In this document: piece after piece, positions 23,490 to 35,559 of the stretch
Layout: each line of letters begins with the position of its first letter
Numbering within the stretch: position 1 is the first letter of the stretch
Assembly: GCF_046119375.1 (NCBI RefSeq)
Contig: NW_027362761.1
Location: 971,416,001-971,480,000 of the forward strand
Length of the DNA: 64,000 bases
Source of the DNA: Phyllobates terribilis
Taxonomy: Eukaryota
Direction: 5' to 3'
Translations under genes and position numbers: made by a program
The notes under the pieces: generated by a model
Seen by the model: only the letters and a program-made list of their open reading frames with translations
What the model was told of the DNA's origin: nothing
Database searches by the model: none

Positions 23490-24810
23490 ATGGTTTCCGT
23501 CCAGGAGTTGGCTCAACGCCTGCAGGGATTGTCTCTGGAGGTGGCCGAGCTTCAGCAACACGTGAGTAGCTGTCCTGGAGCGCATTTTGTCGAACCCAAG
23601 GTAGGACTGCCTGATGTTTTTTGTGGTAAACAGCAAGATTTTTTTTCCTTTAAAAATGCTTGTTTGTTATATTTTCGTTTGAGACCAAGATCCTCTGGGA
23701 ATGAATCACAGCGCATTGGTTTTATTATGTCACTTTTGCACAAAGAACCACAGGGTTGGGCCTTTTCTCTCCAGCCTAATGATCCGTGTTTAAGTTCTGT
23801 TGAAGATTTTTTTTCTGCTATGGGGCTATTATATGATGATCCTGATCGAATCTCATCTGCTGAATCAGAAGTTAGACGTTTGAATCAGGGGTCTGATGAA
23901 GTTGAAAATTATTGCACACACTTCAGGAGATGGGCTTCAGAAGTTAAGTGGAATGATTCGGCGCTGAGATGTTTATTTCTTGCTGGTCTGAGAGAAAGGG
24001 TTAAGGATTTGCTAATTGCATTCCCTGCACCTGAGACTCTGCAGGAAGCTATGCAGTTAGCTGTTCATATAGACAGGAGACTGAGGTGCAGGCTCAAAGA
24101 GGTAAAGACTCCTGTAATGTCAGGTCCTAGTCCCCAGAAAATCTGCTCTGATGGTGGGGAACCGATGGAGGTTGGGGGGAAGTCACTCCGCTCTCAGGAA
24201 AAAGACCAGAGATTCGCAGAGGGATTGTGTCTTTATTGTGGTAAAGGTGACCATTTGATTAAGTATTGTGAGCGTCGTTTAAGTAAAGAAAAAAAAAAGG
24301 TCAGTTACGCCCGTATAGCTTGTTTACGCTCTGCAGGAGTATTTCTTTCTGGGAGTACTACTCTGCAGGGAGATTTGATTGAATTTCAGGTATTTGTGGA
24401 TTGTGGTTCAACACTTAATGTGTTTGATAAAGGGTTTTTGGAAAACCTTAAATTGAAATCCAAACCTTTGTCATCACCTATTTCTGTGGTTGCAATTGAT
24501 AACACTCCTTTGAAATGTATTACTCACAAGACTGCTGCATTTTCTCTCACTGTCTCTCACTGTCAATGGAGTTCACCAAGAAATTTTGGACTTGGTTGTT
24601 TTGGATAATTTACCCTCTCCAGTTGTTCTAGGATTGCCTTGGTTAAAACTGCACAATCCTTTATTGGACTGGTCTACTAATGTGATTAAGTCTTGGAGTC
24701 CGAAGTGCTATGATAAATGTTGTAATGGTTGCATTGTGGCTGTGGAAAAAGTGGAATTACCTGTACCTATTCAAGATTTTTGGAGGGTTTTTTCAGAGGA
24801 GGAGTCGCAT
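23490..24810 (+). pseudogene. Gag-protease region; frameshifted by a 10-bp duplication at 24544-24563 and truncated at ~24810
   Basis: CLYCGKGDHLIKYC knuckle; FVDCGS protease motif; VVLGLPWL appears in the shifted frame; CTCTCACTGT is duplicated. Confidence 0.9.
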
Positions 24811-26660
24811 GGGGCATAATATGGGGGGGTGACATCCTGCATGGGGCATAATATGGGGGGTGACATCCTACATGGGGCATTATAAAGAGAGGGGGGGTGA
24901 CATCCTGCATGGTGCAATATAAAGAGGGGGGGTGACATCCTGAATGGGGCATTATAGAGAGGGGGGGTGACATCCAGCATGGGGCATTATAAAGAGAGGG
25001 GGGGTGACATCCTGCATGGGGCATTATAGAGAGAGAGGGTGACAGCCTGCATGCGGCATTATAGAGAGAGGGGGTGACATCCTGCATGGGGCATTATAGA
25101 GAGAGGGGGTGACAGCCTGCATGGGGCCTTATAAAGAGGGGGGGGTACATCCTGCATGGGGCCTTACAAAGAGGGGGGGTACATCCTGCATGGGGCATTA
25201 TAAAGAGGGGGGGTGACATCCTGCATGGGGCATTATAAAGAGAGGGGGTGACATCCTGCATGGGGCATTATAGAGAGAGAGGGTGACAGCCTGCATGGGG
25301 CATTATAGAGAGAGGGGGTGACATCCTGCATGGGGCATTATAGAGAGAGGGGGTGACAGCCTGCATGGGGCCTTATAAAGAGGGCGTACATCCTGCATGT
25401 GGCCTTATAAAGAGGGGGGGTACATCCTGCATGGGGCATTATAAAGAGAGGGGGGGGTGACAGCCTGCATGGGGCATTATAAGGGGGGGAACAGCCTGCA
25501 TGAGGCATTATAAGGGGGGGACAGCCTGTATGGGGCATTATGTGGGGGGGTAACAGCCTGCATGGAGCATTATAAGGGGGGGGACAGCCTGTATGGGGCA
25601 TTAGGTGGGGAGTAACAGCCTGCATAGTGCATTATGTGGGGGGAACAGCCTGCATGGAGCATTATAAGGGGGGGACAGCCTGTATGGGGCATTATGTGGG
25701 GGGTAACAGCCTGCATGGAGCATTATAAGGGGGGGACAGCCTGTATGGGGCATTATGTGGGGAGTAACAGCCTGCATGGAGCATTATATAGGGGCCAGTA
25801 TCCTGTATGGAGCGTTATAAGGGGACCAGTATCCTGTATGGAGCGTTATATGGGGGCCAGTATCCTGTATGGAGCTTTATAATGAGACCAGTATCCTGTA
25901 TGGAGCGTTACATGGGGGCCAGTATCCTGTATGGAGCTTTATAAGGGGACCAGTGTCCTGTATGGAGCGTTATATGGGGGCCAGTATTCTGTATGGAGCC
26001 TTATATGGGGGCCAGTATTCCGTATGGAGCCTTATATGGAGGCCAGTATTCCGTATGGAGCCTTATATGGGGGCCAGTATTCCGTATGGAGCCATATATG
26101 GGGGCCAGTATTCCGTATGGGGCCTTATATGGGGGCCAGTATTCCGTATGGAGCGTTATATGGGGGCCAGTATTCCGTATGGAGCCTTATATGGGGGCCA
26201 GTATTCCGTATAGAGCCTTATATGGAGGCCAGTATTCCGTATGGAGCCTTATATGGGGGCCAGTATTCCGTATGGAGCCTTATATGGGGGCCAGTATTCC
26301 GTATGGAGCCTTATATGGGGGCCAGTATTCCGTATGGAGCCTTATATGAGGGCCAGTATTCAGTATGGGGCCTTATATGGGGGCCAGTATTCCGTATGGG
26401 GCCTTATATGGGGGCCAGTATTCCGTATGGGGCCTTATATGGGGGCCAGTATTCTGTGTGGAGCGATTCACCGGTTTCTGAGCTATTGTGGAATTTACAA
26501 TAGATATCGTTCATGTAATGTAAGAAGTGAAATCTTTGCATTGTACTATATATATATATATTTCTCTGCGGTATCTGTGCATCATGAATCGTGGTATGCA
26601 TTAAAGGGGCCCACTGAGACTCTTTCGCCCAGGGCCCAGAAAAACCTGGAGCCGGTCCTG
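24806..26660 (-). mobile_element. Minisatellite-carrying non-autonomous hAT element inserted in Gypsy pol, one end deleted
   Basis: The right ~240 bp are the reverse complement of 32506-32745; TIR-like end GCCGGTCCTG at 26651-26660; 31-bp and 30-36-bp arrays. Confidence 0.9.
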
Positions 26661-26661
26661 A

Positions 26662-29117
26662 GTGAAAGCCAAGTGGTTCTCCAAAATTGATCTCCGGGGG
26701 GCATACAATTTGTTACGTGTGAAGGAGGGTGATAAATGGAAAACTGCTTTTAACACTCCGGTAGGTCATTTTGAGAATCTGGTGATGCCTTTTGGTCTTA
26801 CCAATGCACCTGCATATTTTCAGAACCTTATTAATGACATCCTGAGACCTCTGATTAGTAAGAATGTGGTTGTGTATTTGGATGACATTTTGATTTATTC
26901 ACCAGATCTGGAGTCCCATTGGCAGAGTGTACGTGAAGTTTTGCAGTTATTGGGTGATAATTCACTCTTTGCTAAGCTGGAGAAATGTGAGTTCGCTGTG
27001 CAGAAAATTAGTTTTTTGGGCTACATTGTCTCCAGCGAGGGCTTTGAGATGGACCCTGTGAAGGTTCAGGCTGTGCAGGAATGGCCTAGGCCTATTGGTT
27101 TGAAATCTATACAGAGATTTTTGGGTTTTGCCATTTATTACAGGAAATTCATTAAGAATTTTTCTGTAATTGTTAAACCTCTAACCGATCTCATCAGGAA
27201 AGGTGCGAATACGGCCCAGTGGACTACTGAGGCCATTGAAGCGTTTGAGTATCTCAAAGAGAGGTTCAGTTCTGCCCCTATCCTTAGGCAGCCTGATGAG
27301 AGCAAGCCTTTTTTGGTCGAGGTCGATGCTTCATCGGTGGGGGTCGGAGCAGTTTTGTCTCAGGAGAACAAGGGTGGAGTACATCCTTGTGCCTTCTTTT
27401 CGAAAAAAATTTCGGAATCCAAACTGAATTATGATGTTGCAAATCGGGAGTTGCTGGCTATTAAACTCGCGTTTGAACATTGGCGTCATTTTTTGGAAGG
27501 CGCTAGATTTCCTATTCAGGTTTTCACAGATCATAAGAATTTGATCTATCTGGATGCTGCCAAGAACTTGAATGCCCGTCAAGCTAGGTGGGCACTTTTT
27601 TTTTCTCTGTTTTATTTTTCTGTTACCTATGTCCCTGGTACTAAGAATATTAAAGCCGATGCTTTATCTCGCAGCTTCTCTCCTATGGTCGGTGCTGAGG
27701 AGGGGGAGAGCATTTTACAGAAGGGAGTTGTGGTGGCGGCTTTGGACTCCGTTTTGGAGAATGGGATTCTGAAAGCTCAAGATGATGCTCCATCTAACAC
27801 TCCCCATGGGAGGTTGTTCGTGCCTAGAGTCTTTAGGAGAGATTTGTTTGTGGAGTGTCATGAGTCTCTGTTGGCAGGTCATCCAGGAATTTCGGAGACT
27901 AAGAGACTGATCAGTCGCAGTTTTTGGTGGCCTGGATGGCAGAAGAAAGTCATCAAGTGGGTGCGTCAGTGTACTGTGTGCGCTAGGTCAAAGGCTTCAC
28001 ATACTCCTGCTGCGGGGTTGCTTTGCCCTCTGGAGGTTCCTAGTGCGCCTTGAACGCTTCTCACTATGGATTTTATTACTTATCTTCCTGTGTCCAAGGG
28101 TTTTACTGTCATCTGGGTGGCCGTGGACCGTTTTAGTAAGATGTGTCATTTGGTTCCATTCATTAAGTTGCCCTGCGCCAAGACACTCGCTAAGGCGTTT
28201 GTTAAGGAGATTGTCAAGCTCCATGGCGTTCCCACAGATATTATTTCTCATAGAGGACCTCAGTTTGTGGCTCGCTTTTGGCATGCTTTTTGTGACAGGT
28301 TGGGAGTCCATTTGTCATTTTCATCTGGTTATCATCCTGAGTCTAATGGACAGACTGAAAGAAAGAACCAGGATGTTGAACAGTTTTTGCGTTGTTTTGT
28401 GGGGGACAATCAAGAGGTGTGGTCGGAGTTTCTGCCTCTCGCAGAATTTGCTCTTAACAATCATACATCCTCCTCTGCTGGGTGTTCTCTTTTTTTTGTT
28501 GTACCGGGAGACATCCGTCTTTTGGTTCGTTCTCCAAATTGGGGTCGGCGGTGCCGGAGGAGGAGAATTTTTCCGGTGATTTGGAGAGAGTTTGGACTAA
28601 TGTACGTTGTAACCTTCAAGAGGCTAACAAAAAGTCCAAGAAGTATTTTGACAGGAAAAGTAAAGAGGTTTTGTTTACTCTGGGTGACATGGTTTGGTTG
28701 TCCTCGAAGAACCTGCGGTTGAGGATTCCCTCTAAAAAATTGGGTCCTAAGTTTGTGGGTCCATTTAAAGTGCTTCAGGCTGTTAACCAGTCTGCTGTTA
28801 GGTTGGATGTCCCAACTTCCTGGAAGATTAATCCTGTGTTTCATGTTTCCTTGTTGAAAAAGGCTGACGTATCTGATAGGGACGTCATTGTCACAGTTCC
28901 TCCTGTGGTGGAAGACGGCGAATATGAAATTTCGCGTATCTTGAATTCTAGATGGCATAGAGGGAGATTACAATATCTTGTCTCCTGGAAGGGTTTCGGT
29001 CCCGAAGACAATTCCTGGGTAAGGACGGATGATGTGTCTGCTCCTAGGCTTGTTAAAGCTTTCCACAGGAGGTTTCCGGATAGGCCTGGGCCTGGAGGAT
29101 CCGGAGGATCCTCATAA
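26662..29117 (+). pseudogene. RT-RNase H-integrase-chromodomain remnant
   Basis: YLDD motif; RNase H VEVDAS...RELLAIK...TDHKNL; HHCC; TGA at 28051; frameshift near 28490; chromodomain EYEISRIL...YLVSWKGFGPEDNSW. Confidence 0.93.
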
Positions 29118-29129
29118 AAGAGGGGGTAC

Positions 29130-29562
29130 TGTTAGAACCCTCCTGTTAGTTTTTTCTATCTTGTGTTTTGTGGTCACGTGACCATCTGCCTATATAATCC
29201 AGCTCCGTCCTTCTGGCTTTGCTGGACTTCAGTGTTATTTGACTGTTTTGCTAGTCTGGTGCTTCGGTGCCTATCTCTGTCAGTTTGCTTGGTCCTCTGG
29301 GACCTCTAGTACTTTTTGTAAGTTTGTCTTTTGTGTTCTACAACAATTTCTGTTTTGGAGGTGTCCCATTTTTGTCCCAGTCCTTAGTTTATTTAGGGAC
29401 CCCTCCCTTAATTCTATAGGTCTTCGTTCAGACTAGCCGAGGATGAAGGCGGGTCTGTTCACTAGGAACAGGCAGCTCGCTACATCGTAGGGATTCAGCT
29501 TAGTCTTATTGTAGGGACAGCTTTCCCCTATCTTTCCTTAGTTCTTGTTGGAGATCCTAACA
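29130..29562 (+). repeat. 3' LTR (433 bp)
   Basis: Follows the PPT and is followed by the TSD ATATC (29563-29567). Confidence 0.95.
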
Positions 29563-29582
29563 ATATCCTCCAATGAGATTTA

Positions 29583-29857
29583 CGAGCATGTTCGGGTGTT
29601 TCCTGAGTATCTTCAGTGTGCTCGAGTGTTATGTTTTAGTCGCGCTGTGTGTATGATTTCCGACTGTTTGACAGCTTTAATACATGTGAGGAATGTCTGC
29701 TTCTTAGGCATTCCTCATATGTATTAAAGCTGTCAAACAGTCGGAAATCATGCACACAGATTGACTCAAACATAACACCCGAGCACGCTGAAGATACTCG
29801 GTGAGCACCCGAGCATGCTCGCCGAAAGGGTTAACAGAACATACTCGCTCATCACTA
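29583..29857. mobile_element. Foldback hAT-type MITE
   Basis: ~240-bp imperfect palindrome at 29583-29821; terminus CTCGCTCATCACTA shared with 6874-6887. Confidence 0.7.
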
Positions 29858-31789
29858 ATCAGGAGCTTAATAAACTCAAAAAGTACAGATCTCTGGACAA
29901 AACAGAGAACTCACTAGCCATGGTCATAAAAATGTAGTTGTATGTCCACTGATTCAAGGCCTTATATAGCCAATGTAGTCTCCCCTTCTTATTGATCCTC
30001 TTGATAAAAAAAAATCACAAAATGATGAAACTTCAAGTATCAATTAATCATAAAATGCATAATCTTTTCACTAAGGCCTCATTGAGACATCTGTGTTTTT
30101 CATGGATAGAGCATGTACCGATTGCAGTTCATTTTGCTGATCACATCTGTTTTGTTCTTTTTGCAAAAATAATAATCATGGAGACATATTAGTTTTTGGT
30201 CTGAGTCAAAATCATCCATACAAACCTATAGTTCCATAGAAATGACAGGCAACCCACGGATGCCATCAGTGTACTGTCCGCTTTTAACAATGCAATGGGG
30301 AGAAGAAGCTTAGCATTTTTTTTTCATACAAGGAAATCACTGATGAAACAGTAATGGTAAAAACAGACATGTTAACCAAACACTGATGAAAATCTTATTC
30401 AAAACACTGATCAGGCCTATAGGCTCACCACATGATTTTATGAGATAGATTAGCTATTTCTAAAGGCTCCGATACGTATTAGACAGCGGTCAGCTAAATA
30501 ATAATAATTTCTATTTCAACATATTCTGCAGCGCTTTACATTTCAGAGGGAACTTCTACAGCAATAAAGACATAAACAAGAAAACACATAACTATAGATA
30601 CTGAGAGGAGCGAGGGTCCTGCTCACAAGCTTACAGTATATGAGGATAAATGATCATTTGTTTTTCTCAACTCCCCAATATACAGTAACGCTCGGCTCCT
30701 GTGTTTTCTATGAGAGTGCCACCACTAAACTCCTTTGACAGTAGCTTATTTCAGGGGAGCCCAAAAGAATGGGCCCTTGAAAATCTGACAGGCCAGATTA
30801 TTCTCTCCCACAACATGATCAGTCGGAGGAAAATCTTGAGGCACCCATCACCCTGTTGATATCAGCAGATTCGGACGACTTTAGTCTAATGTGTTTGGGG
30901 GCTTTACAAGTTAAATTGATATAGCAATAGCAGTCCATCTTCCAATCCAACCCATCATATTTATCTTTCAACCCACCTTTGTGGCACTCAGTGGCCATCC
31001 TAACAAGAAAACAAAGAATACATGAGCCTGTACCAAGCACTCAGCCAGTCCTGCGTAATCCAGTTATATGCAATCTGTCATTCTCAGGAGTAGGTAAAGC
31101 ATGTTTCAAGCCAAAAGGAGACATCCTCCAGGGAGCTGAAGAAATGAGTCCAGCTATTGCTCACAATGCCGATGAGAGCCTAGTATACTTGAAGTTGGTG
31201 ACACATAGGGGTGTATTGAGAGTGGTAAAGAAGTCTCACTTCTGGTGGCCGTCAGAAAAAAGTCCAGAAATACTTAAATAAGCACCTATCATCTCTTGGA
31301 AAACCTAATAATGTAAAAGAAGACCAACTGCAAACCTGTTTCAAATATATAAAATTATTGAAAATTAACTTCCCTACTAATTTAGTGATAAAAGCTCTGC
31401 TCTGTAAGAGCAGGAGACTGAAGTGAGTCTTAGTCTCACTATTTGACATCTATGTGAGACTTCCCATTTCTGAGATGAGAGATACCATTGTGTCTCTTTA
31501 TTGCATGCTGAATATAGTGATATATGTGCCAAAATCAGATTGGTCCCTGTATATGACGGAGAATCTGCAGGAGGAGGATATACAGTAGGCACTTGTACAT
31601 GTAAATCCTACCGCCTTCTCTGGGTGGTCTGGCTGCTGCTGGTTTTGTGCAATATGTAATAAGAGGGTCCAATTAACTCTTTACAAGCTCCTATGATCAC
31701 TTTGACCCTTTTTAGTCAGATGTTTCTATGGTATATATGGTATATAATAAGTTTTTACATTTTTATTGACAAATACATCAAGTTCATGC

Positions 31790-32300
31790 AAAGACTCAAT
31801 ATTTACAGTGCTGACCCTTAGTTTTCAAGACTTCTGCAATTTGCCATGGCAGAATGAATATCAGCTTCTGGGCCAAATCCTGACTGATGGAAACCCATTC
31901 TTACCTACAGTAAGTGTTTGGAGTTAATCACAATAATTCTCTGTTTTTCTTTGTTCTCTCATTTTTTGAAGATTGACCATAGGTTCTCAATGTGATTGAG
32001 ATCTGGGGAGTTTCTTGGCCATCTATTCAAAATGTTCACTGAGCCATATAGTTATCAATACTTTTGCTTTGTGAAATGGTGCTCCATGATGCTAAAAAAA
32101 AAAGCATTGGTCATCACCAAATCGCTCCTGGATCTTTGAGAGAAGTTGGTGTTGGGGAATGTTTAGACACCATTTATTTATGGCAGAGTTCTTATACAAA
32201 ATTGAGAGTGAGCCCACTGTCTTTTACGAAAAGCAACCCCACACCCGAATGGTCTTAAGATGCTTTACTCTTGGTATGACACAAAACTCAAGGCAAGTGA
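31790..32300 (-). mobile_element. Degenerate Tc1 transposase remnant; boundaries approximate
   Basis: Minus strand reads VKHLKTIRVWGCFS and WPRNSPDLNHIENLWSIF. Confidence 0.75.
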
Positions 32301-32505
32301 CGTCACTGGTCTCCTGCAGGCCGGGTATTGTGACACTGCTCTGTTGCTGGCTGGTTACTACTGAGCTGAGCCGACAATATAGCATACACTGAGATTGTGG
32401 TTATCGCACAGTGCACGTTGCAATGGGACTTCTCAGCCCCTGAAATGAGCATCACTGACAACACTTAGTTTCAGGGAGGGGGATAGGCTGCGGCAATGTC
32501 CGCAG

Positions 32506-32602
32506 CAGGGCCGGCTCCAGGTTTTTCTGGGCCCCGGGCGAAAGAGTCTCAGTGGGCCCCTTTAACACATACCACGATTCATGATGCACAGATACCACAG
32601 AG

Positions 32603-32657
<55 letters not shown>

Positions 32658-34217
32658 AATGCAAAGATTTCACTTCTTACATTACATGAGTGATATCTAT
32701 TGTAAATTCCACAATAGCTCAGAAACCGGTGAATCGCTCCACACAGAATACTGGCCCCCATATAAGGCTCCATACGGAATACTGGCCCCCATATAACGCT
32801 TCATACGGAATACTGGCCCCCATATAAGGCCCCATACGGAATACTGGCCCTCATATAAGGCCCCATAAGGAATACTGGCCCCCATATAAGGCCCCATACG
32901 GAATACTGGCCCCCATATAAGGCTCCATGCGGAATACTGACCCCCATATAAGGCTCCATATGGAATACTGGCCCCCATATAAGGCTCCATACAGAATACT
33001 GGCCCCCATATAAGGCTCCATACGGAATACTGGCCCCCATATAAGGCTCCATACGGAATATTGGCCCCCATATAAGGCTCCATACGGAATACTGGCCCCC
33101 ATATAAGGCCCCATACGGAATACTGGCCCCCATATAAGGCTCCATACGGAATACTGGCCCCCATATAAGGCTCCATACAGAATACTGGCCCCCATATAAC
33201 GCTCCATACAGGATACTGGTCCCCTTATAAAGCTCCATACAGGATACTGGCCCCCATATAACGCTCCATACAGGATACTGGTCCCCTTATAAAACTCCAT
33301 ACAGGATACTGGCCCCCATATAACGCTCCATACAGGATACCGGTCCCCTTATAACGCTCCATACTGGATACTGGCCCCCATATAATGCTGCATGCAGGCT
33401 GTTACCCCCCACATAATGCCCCATACAGGCTGTCCCCCCCTTATAATGCTCCATGCAGGCTGTTACCCCCCACATAATGCCCCATACAGGCTGCCCCCCC
33501 CTTATAATGCTCCATGCAGGCTGTTCCCCCCCACATAATGCCCCATACAGGCTGCCCACCCCCTTATAATGCTCCATGCAGGCTGTTCCCCCCCACATAA
33601 TGCACTATGCAGGCTGCCCCCCCCCCCTTTATAATGCCCCATGCAGGCTGTTCCCCACCTTATAATGCCCCATGCTGGATGTCACCCCCCCTCTTTATAA
33701 TGCCCCATGCAGGATGTCCCCCCCTCTCTTTATAATGCCCCATGCAGGATGCCCCCCCCTCTCTTTATAATGCCCCATGCAGGATGCCCCCCCTTCTCTT
33801 TATACTGCCCCATGCCTCCATACATTAAAAAAAAAAATCAAATACTCACCTCTCTCCCTCTCCTCACCTGCTACCTGCTGCCCGCTGCTCGGGTCCGAAC
33901 TCCAGCGTTGTCGGCGTCTTCCCGCTCAGCGCTCCCTGTGACGGCTCAGTGGAGGGCGCGGTGTAAAGACGTCACCGCGCCCTCTGACCTGAGACGTCAC
34001 AGGGAGCGCAGAGCAGGAAGACAGCTGATCTGCGGAGGCACGGGGAGAGGTAAGTATCCAGCTGCCGGGGCCCTGAGCAAGCGGCGGAGAAGGGCGGGCG
34101 TTGACACCGCTCTCCTCCGCCCATAGCCCAGCGGGGTGCGCAACCGCCAGTGGGCCGCTTTGCCTGCTCAGGGCCCCGGCATTTGCCCGGGTGCGCCGGG
34201 TGCTGACGCCGGCCCTG
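32506..34217 (+). mobile_element. Complete 1712-bp non-autonomous hAT element carrying minisatellite arrays and (TA)n
   Basis: Perfect 8-bp TSD GTCCGCAG (32498-32505 and 34218-34225); TIR CAGGGCCGGC...GCCGGCCCTG; 31-bp array ~32745-33380; ~30-bp array ~33390-33810. Confidence 0.95.
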
Positions 34218-34874
34218 GTCCGCAGCCTCTACACCCTAAAGACATTTTGTTTGCATATCCGAGCATGCACTAAGATACTCAAATGAACCGTCACTCAGCA
34301 AGTAAAATAAGGTAGAATAGCAGTTAGATAATAGTGTAGTTGGGGGACGATAGGGAAGTACTTTTAGGTGAAGTATATTAGAAAATAGTTTAGATTACAG
34401 CACTAAATAGATAGGGATTTAGGAGGAAAATTACTTTGACTTCGGAACACCCCTTTAAGTTAATTTTCATGGAAAGGAATGACTTGCAAGGAATGCAATT
34501 TTTAGCAATTTATCTGCTCACTCTTCATATCTTCAATCTAAAGTGAATGCAAATTGCAACTATAATTTTGTTTTGCCATGATTGTACTAAGAGACGCAGA
34601 TTAACCCTTTATAGCAGCTATCCCCTATTGGCAGATTAACCTTTTATAAACAGCTATGTACAACTGCTTTAGCTGGTCTGCGGAATACACAGGATATCTT
34701 ATTACATGTATGATAAATAGCAACAGTCGGCATCAAATGAAGTTCAGACTCCTGATTGAAGGGACGAAATTTTTCATTTAAGTTATGTCTCACTGATTCA
34801 CTGGTCATAGGAATGTATTTGTGAAATGTTTCATCATTTATGTATATGTTTAGGAGAATTTACAAGAAAAATAA

Positions 34875-35110
34875 AGGGGTTGTACCAAGTTTGGAAGTAA
34901 TGCCCTACAGGTATCTAAAGGCTAAGGGATAACTTCCCGATTGCTGGGAATCTGATCGGTGGGACCCTCACCAATCCCGATAACCAGGGCTCTAAAGAGA
35001 ACACAACTCCAATTACACTTTTGTAGGGGTCCCAGCGATTTTGACGTTATCCTCTATCCTAAAGTTAGGGAATAGGATAAGGAATAACTTCCAAACTTGG
35101 CACAACCCCT
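34875..35110. mobile_element. T2/Kolobok-type MITE, 236 bp
   Basis: 24-bp TIR AGGGGTTGT(A/G)CCAAGTTTGGAAGT with one mismatch; degenerate TTAA flanks (ATAA / TCAA). Confidence 0.78.
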
Positions 35111-35559
35111 TCAATCGATTCTCCCATTGTATTCAATATATAAGCGACTTGACAAAAGAGGTGAATTGATGAGTTCAAACTAAATGCTGCAGATCTAAGC
35201 ACAAGGCTACGCTCACAATTCAGATGTATAGAATCATCTCCTCAATCCCCCAATTTTCAATTTTTTAAAATATGGAACGCTTTATGAATTTGTCATCTTC
35301 TCTGTATCATTTTAATTTTAGTATATGTGCTGCCGAAGCAAGCTCCTCTCTCACCCAATTTTTTCCATTCACTGTGGAAAAGTTAAAGTACAACCTGCGT
35401 CCCTGTAATAATGAAAGAAATCAACTGGTTTACTAATGAAATGTATTTGGGAAAAGTTTTATAATTTAATCTTCTGTCACTTCTTGTGTTTTTCTCAGAA
35501 CTCATAGCTCTTTAAATCTGTGTCTTGCCATAGCAGAGTGGCCCTTGTACATGGGGAAT

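Larger units (their letters stand above)
23016..29562 (+). mobile_element. Full-length chromovirus-type (Tf1/sushi group) Gypsy retrotransposon, inactivated
   Basis: LTRs at 23016-23441 and 29130-29562 (TGTTAG...CTAACA); 5-bp TSD ATATC; PPT AAAAGAGGGGG before the 3' LTR; gag-PR-RT-RH-IN-chromodomain order. Confidence 0.97.

Noticed and set aside
25790-26460. CRISPR-like regular array
   Set aside because: Head-to-tail repeats with no unique spacers and no cas genes, in a vertebrate context.
24767-26690. Long repetitive ORFs (MEPYMGASIPYGALYGGQYSVW...), also at 32697-33598
   Set aside because: A 31-bp unit cycles through all three frames, giving a 31-aa pseudo-repeat; non-coding minisatellite.
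30979-31281. 100-aa ORF with THRGV...HFWWP, resembling an integrase zinc-binding region
   Set aside because: Only a short motif-level resemblance with no flanking pol domains; cannot be supported without a search.
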